This document shows positions 25,230 through 32,000 of a DNA stretch of 32,000 nucleotides, one piece after another. The stretch is taken from the NCBI RefSeq assembly GCF_000145295.1, contig NC_014408.1, positions 660,001-692,000 of the forward strand, in the 5' to 3' direction. Source of the stretch: Methanothermobacter marburgensis str. Marburg (GTDB taxonomy: Archaea; Methanobacteriota; Methanobacteria; Methanobacteriales; Methanothermobacteraceae). How positions within the stretch are numbered: position 1 is the stretch's first letter; each line of letters opens with the position of its first letter. Both the position numbers and the translations under genes were made by a program. The notes beneath the pieces are model-generated. The model saw only the letters and a list, made by a program, of their open reading frames with translations. It was not told where the DNA came from and did no database searches.

Positions 25230-25685
25230 ATGATCGACAGTGACATACCATTCAGGGGGCTCCTATCAATCATACTCAGAAGCCACCGTGTATTTGTGGC
25301 AAGGGAGTTATCCAGCCTGAAACTCACAGATGCCCAGGTGGCCTGCCTCTTCAGGATCCACAGGCAACCAGGGGTTACCCAGGATGAACTCTCCTGGTTC
25401 TTCCAGGTGGACAAGGGCACCATAGCCAGGATCACAAGGCGACTGGAGGAGCGGGGACTCATCATGAGAAAACAGGACCCCCAGAACAGGAGGAGGTACA
25501 TGCTTAGCCTCACAGCTCAGGGAGAGGAACTCATACCCCTCATAAGGAAGGTTGAGGACAGGTGGACGGACCTCCTCTTTGAGAACCTCACAGATGAGGA
25601 GAGGGATACTCTAATGGAAATGTGCAGGAGACTCGCAGAGGATGCAATGAAAATAAGGGGAGTGGAAGATGACAGAGGGCGTTAA
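25230..25685 (+). CDS. MarR-family transcriptional regulator
   Basis: LTDAQVACLFRIHRQPGVTQDELSWFFQVDKGTIARITRRLEERGLIMRKQDPQNRRRYMLSLTAQG is a canonical MarR wHTH with wing. Confidence 0.9.
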   Translation: MIDSDIPFRGLLSIILRSHRVFVARELSSLKLTDAQVACLFRIHRQPGVTQDELSWFFQVDKGTIARITRRLEERGLIMRKQDPQNRRRYMLSLTAQGEELIPLIRKVEDRWTDLLFENLTDEERDTLMEMCRRLAEDAMKIRGVEDDRGR

Positions 25686-27021
25686 GATAATGAGGGGGGA
25701 CCCGAGGAGGGCCCTCCTGAAACTCTCAGGACCAATGATAATCGCGATGCTGCTCACATCCATCTACAACCTGGTGGACGCCATATGGGTGGCTGGCCTC
25801 GGTGGCGAGGCACTGGCAGCCATAGGGTTCGTGACACCCCTCTACATGATACTGGTGGGGCTATCCAATGGCCTCGGGGCCGGGGCGGCATCATCGGTCT
25901 CAAGGTACCTTGGTGCAGGTGACCCCGAGGGCGTCAACAACAGCGCAACCCACACGGTTATAATAACAGCTGCTGTTTCAGTTATCATCACGGTGATCCT
26001 TGAACTCCTCCTCGGCGACATACTCCTCTCCCTCGGGGCGGGGGAGGCCCTCGAACCAGCGTTCCAGTACGGTAGCGTGGTATTCGCGGGTACCATATTC
26101 ACACTCTTCACAGGGGCCGCCTACGGGATACTCAGATCCGAGGGTGATGCAAAGAGGCCAATGTATGCCATGGGAATCTCAGCGGTCCTCAACATGGTCC
26201 TTGACCCCCTCCTCATATACACGGCAGGGTGGGGTATAGCAGGTGCGGCCTGGGCCACGGTGATATCCCAGCTTGTGGTCTCACTCGTTGTACTCTACTG
26301 GTTCCTGGGGGGAGGGACCTACACATCCATCGGGATGAAGCACTTCAGACCCGACCGTGGGGTTGCACTCTCAATACTCTCTGTTACTGTACCTGCAAGT
26401 GCAGAGTTCTTTGTCATGTCCCTGGTAACAGCGGTACTCAACGGGATACTCACGGCAGTGGGGGGTACCAGTGCAGTTGCAGTGTACTCTGCCGGGTGGA
26501 GGATAGTCATGCTGGCAATCGTCCCGGTGATATCGGTTGCAACTGCCCTTGTGAGTGTCTCAGGGGTTGCCTATGGTTCAAGGAACTTCAGGAACCTTGA
26601 GGTGGTCCACGGTTACTCCATAAGGCTGGGGCTTGTAATAGCCGCTGCCACGGCCCTTCTGACATTCATACTTGCCCCATGGATCTCATGGGTATTCTCC
26701 TACTCCCAGGCATCTGCGGACCTGGCACCAAGGATAACCTGGTTCCTGAGGGTCATCTGCCTCTTCTACCTCTTCCTACCACCGGGTATAATGTCAGGGT
26801 CCATCTTCCAGGGGGCCGGGAGGGGACTCACATCCCTCGCACTTTCGGTTATAAGGCAGGTCCTCCTTGTTGCTGTATTCGCCTACCTCCTTGGTGTGAT
26901 CCTGGGATTCGGTGAGGTTGGAGTCTGGTGGGGTGTGGTTGCAGGTGACATCGGGGGGAGCCTCATAGCCTACCTCTGGGCAAGGCTCTTTATAGGGAGG
27001 CTCAGGAGGTACGGGGACTGA
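25669..27021 (+). CDS. MATE-family multidrug/toxin efflux transporter
   Basis: 450 aa with about 12 TM helices. The N-terminal LLKLSGPMIIAMLLTSIYNLVDAIWVAGLG is typical of MatE. It overlaps marR by 17 nt; an alternative start is ATG 25690. Confidence 0.85.
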   Translation: MTEGVKIMRGDPRRALLKLSGPMIIAMLLTSIYNLVDAIWVAGLGGEALAAIGFVTPLYMILVGLSNGLGAGAASSVSRYLGAGDPEGVNNSATHTVIITAAVSVIITVILELLLGDILLSLGAGEALEPAFQYGSVVFAGTIFTLFTGAAYGILRSEGDAKRPMYAMGISAVLNMVLDPLLIYTAGWGIAGAAWATVISQLVVSLVVLYWFLGGGTYTSIGMKHFRPDRGVALSILSVTVPASAEFFVMSLVTAVLNGILTAVGGTSAVAVYSAGWRIVMLAIVPVISVATALVSVSGVAYGSRNFRNLEVVHGYSIRLGLVIAAATALLTFILAPWISWVFSYSQASADLAPRITWFLRVICLFYLFLPPGIMSGSIFQGAGRGLTSLALSVIRQVLLVAVFAYLLGVILGFGEVGVWWGVVAGDIGGSLIAYLWARLFIGRLRRYGD

Positions 27022-27075
27022 TTCCCCCTTTATGAACCCATCATGGTGATCATGGAGTCTGGCATCAAGCCTCTT

Positions 27076-27381
27076 CTAGGGCTGCGGCCCCTTGGAGTGG
27101 TGGGCCCTGATTTTCCCGAAGGTCCTCTCGTATTCCTCAACCTGCTCCATGAGCCACACTGCAAGTTCCTTCGCTGTTTCCGGTGACATCCTCACCTCAT
27201 TCTCCACGACCCGGCAGGCACTGATCTTCGAGATTTCTGTTTCCTCGTCCCTGGGGAATAGCTCCTCAGAGAAGAGGAGGACGCGGAATTCATTTGATGA
27301 AAACCCCCCAAGAGCACCTGTTATGTAGATGGTATTGAGTTTTGAGGATATCACAATGGGGACTTCAACCACATTTCCCAC
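27076..27381 (-). CDS. DUF3467-like small protein
   Basis: 101 aa. The pattern ..FSSNEFRVLLFSE........ACRVVENEVRMSPETAKELAVWLMEQVEEYERTFGKI resembles DUF3467 (..EF.+DF........+++SP..AK.L...L...+..YE..FG.I). The GTG start lies 1 nt after the upstream stop. Confidence 0.5.
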   Translation of the reverse strand: MGNVVEVPIVISSKLNTIYITGALGGFSSNEFRVLLFSEELFPRDEETEISKISACRVVENEVRMSPETAKELAVWLMEQVEEYERTFGKIRAHHSKGPQP

Positions 27382-27382
27382 C

Positions 27383-27781
27383 CTACCCGGTTGATGAGAT
27401 GGTCAGTGTGTGTTTTCCTGACTCATTAAGGCTGTAATGTGCAGGGGACATTCTTCCGGCAGTTGTCCCCATGGGTTCTTCATTCATTTTCCCGGTAATC
27501 TCATCGATTTTCCTGATATACTCCTCACTTTCAAGGATTGCAAGGCACACGGCCCTCCTATCATCCATCTTCAGTCTGTAGGCTGCAGCCTTTCCCTCCC
27601 TCTTTTCAAGTAATCCAATCTCCATGAGTTCATTCACATGGTTGTAGACGGTCTTTTCGGTCGCGTCAATCATCCTTGCGATCTCCGGGACCTTCAGGTA
27701 GTGGCCCCAGTTTTCCAGGAGCTCCTCAAGTATGGATACTCTGTTTGTATCCCCGAATATTTCCCTGAGCACACAGGTCAC
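27383..27781 (-). CDS. Winged-helix transcriptional regulator (ArsR/TrmB-like fold)
   Basis: RVSILEELLENWGHYLKVPEIARMIDATEKTVYNHVNELMEIGLLEKREGKAAAYRL is wHTH-like. GTG start. It is co-oriented with and abuts the DUF3467-like gene. Confidence 0.65.
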   Translation of the reverse strand: MTCVLREIFGDTNRVSILEELLENWGHYLKVPEIARMIDATEKTVYNHVNELMEIGLLEKREGKAAAYRLKMDDRRAVCLAILESEEYIRKIDEITGKMNEEPMGTTAGRMSPAHYSLNESGKHTLTISSTG

Positions 27782-27798
27782 TGAAAATCACCTTCAGT

Positions 27799-27868
27799 AA
27801 TTTATTTTCAATTTATCATTCACTACACATATATCACGGAATTTATGTATAAATTTATCTAAATTTAT
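27799..27868. promoter_or_regulatory. Five phased AATTTAT motifs in a divergent promoter region
   Basis: Copies start at 27799, 27810, 27840, 27852 and 27862, giving spacings of 11, 30, 12 and 10 bp. They lie between the divergent genes 27383-27781 (-) and 27927-28253 (+). Confidence 0.4.
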
Positions 27869-27926
27869 TTCATTTACTGAAACCAATATTCAGAACACAT
27901 ACGATAATATATATACATATTGAATT

Positions 27927-28253
27927 ATGATAACAGTCCTCATGGATGAGGTTGAGCTGATTATAGATTCAATGGATCCTGCTGAAAGGGAGGTCATGAC
28001 CGTTGTGGGCCGTATAGGTGGATCCGCCAACAGGAACTTCACAAGACAGACAATCAGGAAGAAGCTGAGGGATGATACACTTCCTGAGGCCGATAGGGCA
28101 ATTGATTCACTGAGGAGAAAGGGTCTTATAAGGTATTACAGAAAACCAGACAATTTTGCAACTACAAAGCTCGGATTTCTGGTTGCAAGGAAACTCAAAG
28201 AAGAATTTCAGAGGCGAAACTTTCCGGATATGCGTATTCTGCTGTTATTCTAA
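27927..28253 (+). CDS. Small hypothetical protein, possibly winged-helix
   Basis: 108 aa. The segment ADRAIDSLRRKGLIRYYRKPDNFATTKLG resembles a recognition helix plus wing. No family was recognised. Confidence 0.4.
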   Translation: MITVLMDEVELIIDSMDPAEREVMTVVGRIGGSANRNFTRQTIRKKLRDDTLPEADRAIDSLRRKGLIRYYRKPDNFATTKLGFLVARKLKEEFQRRNFPDMRILLLF

Positions 28254-28326
28254 TTAAAGTGTTATTTTATGGGATTTCAGTATGGGACTTGTAGCCCTCA
28301 AAAAAATGAATGTTTAGGGGAGGACC

Positions 28327-28902
28327 CTATTCACTGATGGATGGACCTTTCATCTTCTTCCTTATGTAGACCGCCAGGAGACCACCCACGAATGCTGCAA
28401 GCACCAGTGAAATGACCATGAGTATCCCTGATATGAGCTGGAGGTAGTCTGCTGGTGCGTATGTGGGTTCAGATGCCAGTCCAATGGGTGCTGCTGTACC
28501 TGTCATGTCCCCGCCGGTGTCAGGGAATATCTGTGATATGGCCATGAGGGCCATCATGCCACCGGTGGTTGTTGCCATTAGACCAAGCACACCGATGGTG
28601 AGGTAGATGAGTACCAGGAACCCTGAGTTTACCAGGGATTCACCGTAGGTTTCAGCACCCAGACCCGCAACAAAGGATTCCACAAAGAGGAAGACAAATG
28701 CCACAATGAATACGAAGAATATTGGGTCCACAGATCCACCCATGAGGGCACCGCCAAGGAGTACTGCAGTTAGTGTCCCGGCAACTGCACCCACAAGTAT
28801 CCCGAATACCGAGCTTAAAACATTCAGCTTACTGTTCAGCCACTTCAGCAGTGGTTCACCATTTGTATTTACATTTAGTCTCAAATTTACCACCATAAAC
28901 AC
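28327..28902 (-). CDS. Hypothetical polytopic membrane protein
   Basis: 191 aa with 5-6 Gly/Ala-rich hydrophobic segments (VFGILVGAVAGTLTAVLLGGAL.., IFFVFIVAFVFLFV.., ILMVISLVLAAFVGGLLAV). No family was recognised. Confidence 0.5.
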   Translation of the reverse strand: MFMVVNLRLNVNTNGEPLLKWLNSKLNVLSSVFGILVGAVAGTLTAVLLGGALMGGSVDPIFFVFIVAFVFLFVESFVAGLGAETYGESLVNSGFLVLIYLTIGVLGLMATTTGGMMALMAISQIFPDTGGDMTGTAAPIGLASEPTYAPADYLQLISGILMVISLVLAAFVGGLLAVYIRKKMKGPSISE

Positions 28903-29012
28903 TTAATAATTACATTCATGTTTTTTACTTCATAAAAACCTTTCCGGTTCATGGGAAACTACTAATAATAAATCAACATATCTGAATTTACTGATATGTA
29001 ACCGGTGATACC

Positions 29013-30047
29013 ATGGAAAGTGAAGAGATGGGAATATTCGAAAGGTACCTCACAGTCTGGGTGATACTCTGCATAATCACAGGGGTGGGAATCGGACAGT
29101 TCATACCAGCCTTCCCGGCCCTCCTCAACAGGTTACAGTACGCCCAGGTATCACTGCCTGTGGCTGTGCTGATATGGCTCATGATATACCCCATGATGCT
29201 CAGGATAGACTTCTCAAGCATAATACGGGCCACCAGGGAAATCAAAGGGCTTGCAGTTACCTGCGGGACCAACTGGCTCATAAAACCATTCACCATGTAC
29301 ATTGTAGCATCATTCTTCCTCCTCGGAGTTTTCTCAAATCTGATACCACCTGAACTCGGGAGGGAATACCTTGCAGGCGCGGTACTCCTTGGGGCAGCAC
29401 CATGCACGGCAATGGTATTCGTCTGGAGCAGCCTCACACGGGGTGACCCGGCCTACACACTGGTGCAGGTGGCTGTGAATGACATAATACTCCTCTTCGC
29501 CTACGCCCCCATAGTGGCCTTCCTCCTGGGGATAGGTAACATCCAGGTACCCTACGACACCCTCATACTCTCGGTAGTGCTCTTTGTGGTGGTACCGCTA
29601 CTTGCAGGCTACTTCACAAGGAGGAGGCTAATCACCTCAAGGGGGCCAGAGTACTTCCAGGAGTTCCTGGGGAAATTCGAGAACATAACGGTCATGGGAC
29701 TCCTACTCACCCTCATCATAATATTCTCATTCCAGGGGAGGGTCATAATTGAGAACCCCCTCCACATTTGCCTGATCGCAGTACCACTCATAATACAGAC
29801 CTTCCTGATCTTCACGGTGGCCTACCTCTGGGCCCGCATCTGGAGGCTGAGGCATGCGGTGGCTGCACCGGCAGCCCTCATAGGTGCAAGCAACTTCTTT
29901 GAACTGGCGGTTGCGGTGGCCATATCACTCTTCGGCCTCCAGTCAGGGGCGGCCCTCGCCACGGTTGTCGGGGTCCTGGTGGAGGTCCCGGTTATGCTCA
30001 CACTTGTGAGGATAGCCAATGCAACCCGTGACAGGTTCCCTGCCTGA
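29013..30047 (+). CDS. acr3: ACR3-family arsenite efflux carrier
   Basis: 344 aa with 10 predicted TM helices. IFERYLTVWVILCIITGVGIGQ.., LIWLMIYPMMLRIDF and LLGAAPCTAMVFVWS are hallmark Acr3/BART-superfamily segments. Confidence 0.85.
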   Translation: MESEEMGIFERYLTVWVILCIITGVGIGQFIPAFPALLNRLQYAQVSLPVAVLIWLMIYPMMLRIDFSSIIRATREIKGLAVTCGTNWLIKPFTMYIVASFFLLGVFSNLIPPELGREYLAGAVLLGAAPCTAMVFVWSSLTRGDPAYTLVQVAVNDIILLFAYAPIVAFLLGIGNIQVPYDTLILSVVLFVVVPLLAGYFTRRRLITSRGPEYFQEFLGKFENITVMGLLLTLIIIFSFQGRVIIENPLHICLIAVPLIIQTFLIFTVAYLWARIWRLRHAVAAPAALIGASNFFELAVAVAISLFGLQSGAALATVVGVLVEVPVMLTLVRIANATRDRFPA

Positions 30048-30088
30048 AAAAATTAATTTTTATGGGAAGGTTCTAAAGATGATCTTTT

Positions 30089-31264
30089 TCAGATCCTCTC
30101 GGGTCTGAGTCCCTTCCTTTTGAGGTAACGGTTCCACCTTAAGGCAATGCTGCGGTAGTAGCTGTCCCCTGTTGCTTTCCAGACCCTGTTTGCAAGCTGT
30201 ACGTGGAGTCTGTGGTAGCCCTCACTGGCCAGCCATGCCGGCCTGTAGTACCTGCCGCTCACAGCATAATATGTCCACCGCCCACTGTCGAACCTCCAGT
30301 TCATCCTCCTGAAGGTTGATACGCCATTTCGGAATAGGTTAAGCGCTCTTGAGTTTCCTGTGTACCTGTGGACGTTGTTGATTCCCAATGTGCAGATTAG
30401 GTGGGCGTTGAGGATGTAGTGTTCCCTCAGGAAGTTGTAGTGGAGGTAGAAGTTACCGTATTTCGTGGTTTTCACAAGGTTTGTTGGGGCATAAAAACTG
30501 TTTATGAGGGAATTTGAAATGTCAAGGTACTCCCTTTTACCTGTGAGGTTGTATGCCCTGGCGTAATGGCCTGCAAGGTTTCCCTGGGCGAAGCTGTCAA
30601 GCCAGCCGGTACCTGAGCCATGGTAGTCAAAGTACATGGGGAATACCGCGTAGCGCATACCCCTGTACGTCCTGAAACTTACTGTGAGTTTCTGCTCATC
30701 CAGCACTTCAAGGAAGTCTGTGGTGTTCCTGCAGCCACCTGCAAGGTTGGATGTTGTTACAGGGTAAATGTGCCATCCCCTGTTTTTGTAGTAGACAAAG
30801 GGCAGGCTGCTCTTGAACTCCGGGACAGGCATGTTCCTGAACTGGCAGGCCCTGCTGTTGAATACAATCACTATCGTATCTGATGGTGAAAGTTTCCTGG
30901 AGTAGTAGGCGTTATTGGCCTGTATAGTCTTGATCTCCATGATCTTCTCATCGCTCCTCAGGGCCCTCTTACTTTTGATGCCTGAGAAGATTTTAACGGC
31001 ATACCCCGCATCTATGTATGCCTGATAGTACCTTCTATCACCTGTTGAGGTGTAACGTGTATAAAGGTGGTTCCTTATCCTCGTGTTATTTTTAACGGCC
31101 CCCTTGAGGAGTTCCTGGTAATTGTCCAGGTAGTATGAGCGGTTAAGGTGGTCAGGTGTCCCGTTGCAGTCTGTGGTGTTATCCACTGCATGGGATGGGT
31201 TGCATGCGAGGATGAAAATTAAGCCAAGGATCACTGGAAAAACCCTTTTCATGAATATTGCCAT
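30089..31264 (-). CDS. Secreted D-glucuronyl C5-epimerase C-terminal-domain-like protein
   Basis: 391 aa. Signal peptide with lipobox-like MKRVFPVILGLIFILAC (the start may be ATG 31252). The C-terminal half matches the C5-epimerase pattern by eye: GWLDSFAQGNLAGHYARAYNLTGKREYL.. ILNAHLICTLGI.. LFRNGV..F.. FDSGRWTYY.. EGYHRLHVQLAN.. RWNRYL. Confidence 0.55.
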   Translation of the reverse strand: MAIFMKRVFPVILGLIFILACNPSHAVDNTTDCNGTPDHLNRSYYLDNYQELLKGAVKNNTRIRNHLYTRYTSTGDRRYYQAYIDAGYAVKIFSGIKSKRALRSDEKIMEIKTIQANNAYYSRKLSPSDTIVIVFNSRACQFRNMPVPEFKSSLPFVYYKNRGWHIYPVTTSNLAGGCRNTTDFLEVLDEQKLTVSFRTYRGMRYAVFPMYFDYHGSGTGWLDSFAQGNLAGHYARAYNLTGKREYLDISNSLINSFYAPTNLVKTTKYGNFYLHYNFLREHYILNAHLICTLGINNVHRYTGNSRALNLFRNGVSTFRRMNWRFDSGRWTYYAVSGRYYRPAWLASEGYHRLHVQLANRVWKATGDSYYRSIALRWNRYLKRKGLRPERI

Positions 31265-31446
31265 TTATGGTTTGGTGGGTTTGAATATAAAATAATGTGG
31301 ATTACACATATAACTGTCTCAAAAACTTTTTATAATAGAAAAGTCCATATTATAGAAAAATTATTCACACTTGTAATTATGGTGTTGCAATGTTGATATC
31401 AGTATTACCACCATGTGGGGTGTCCTAACTGGATGATGTAACCTTC

Positions 31447-32000
31447 ATGATACCGGCCTACAATGAGGAGGAGTCCATAGGGGCACTTCTTGACAGGATA
31501 ATGATGCTCTATCCTGACGCCGAGATCATCGTTGTTGATAATAACTCCTCTGACAGGACCGCTGAGATTGCAGCATCACGTGGTGTCAGGGTCATCTTTG
31601 AAGGGAGGCAGGGGAAGACAAATGCCATGCTCGCAGCCTTCATGAATGTGAGGACGGAGTATGCCATCATGATGGACGCCGACTGCACCTACCCACCCGA
31701 GGACTCGGCGCACCTGATAGATGTGCTCAAGGGCAGGGGGGCTGATGTGGTCCTCGGTTCAAGGCTGAAGGGGGACGTGGAGGATGGTGCAATATCCCGC
31801 CTCAACAGGATCGGGAACCGTATACTGAGCCTCACCGCCACAATCCTGTACCATCCCGTGAGTGATGTCTGCACGGGGCACTGGGCCTTCAGGAGGAGGG
31901 CGATAGATTACCTCGTGGATGTGGGGCTGAGGTATCCTGGATTCGAACTGGAGGCTGAGATGTTCTCAAAACTTGCAAGGTCAGACCTGAGGATAGTTGA
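31447..32000 (+). CDS. Family 2 glycosyltransferase (partial, runs off the window)
   Basis: This frame is not in the ORF track because no stop is reached. It reads MIPAYNEEESIGALLDRI..PDAEIIVVDNNSSDRTAEIA.. AIMMDADCTYPPED.. VLGSRL.., which is a canonical GT2 (Dpm1/GtrB-like) N-terminal domain with a DAD motif. Confidence 0.8.
   Translation, partial: MIPAYNEEESIGALLDRIMMLYPDAEIIVVDNNSSDRTAEIAASRGVRVIFEGRQGKTNAMLAAFMNVRTEYAIMMDADCTYPPEDSAHLIDVLKGRGADVVLGSRLKGDVEDGAISRLNRIGNRILSLTATILYHPVSDVCTGHWAFRRRAIDYLVDVGLRYPGFELEAEMFSKLARSDLRIV

Noticed and set aside
1-32000. CRISPR arrays, tRNA or rRNA genes, and transposase or integrase genes.
   Set aside because: I found no regularly spaced direct repeats, no cloverleaf-like segments, and no ORFs with transposase or integrase motifs on either strand.

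Overview
The window reads as a chromosomal segment of a pseudomurein-containing methanogen, probably Methanothermobacter-like. This is an inference from an F420-dependent sulfite reductase, surface proteins with pseudomurein-binding-repeat-like C-termini, AGG/AGA/ATA-rich codon usage, oligo-T terminators and TATA-box promoters. I support about 35 protein-coding genes. I found no rRNA, tRNA or CRISPR array. The left end (1-7.8 kb) holds a frameshifted lipoprotein gene, a translationally coupled padR-fsr operon, a HisKA_2 sensor kinase, a flavodoxin-fold NAD(P)H oxidoreductase, nikR and two tandem paralogous membrane-anchored proteins. The middle (about 7.8-25.1 kb) looks accessory. It contains a sharply AT-rich islet with a KAP-family P-loop NTPase and two lipoprotein paralogues. 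It also contains two MntA/HepT (MNT/HEPN) toxin-antitoxin pairs in inverted orientation that bracket two mosaic beta-helix adhesin-like genes. Further along are a DUF1232 gene, a 694-aa protein built from four zinc-ribbon + winged-helix-like modules, and an orphan HicB-like gene. The most interesting element is a three-gene operon at 20.6-24.8 kb: an EVE/PUA-like protein, a BrxD-like (DUF2791-type) ATPase and an Lhr/BrxHI-like SF2 helicase. It has no BREX methyltransferase, PglZ or TerB partner, so I flag it as a candidate undescribed defence module. The right end (25.1-32 kb) holds a marR-MATE operon with twin palindromic operators, a wHTH + DUF3467-like pair, an ACR3 arsenite carrier, a secreted glucuronyl-C5-epimerase-like protein and a partial GT2 glycosyltransferase. 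All family calls rest on motifs read by eye from the translations. No database search was run.
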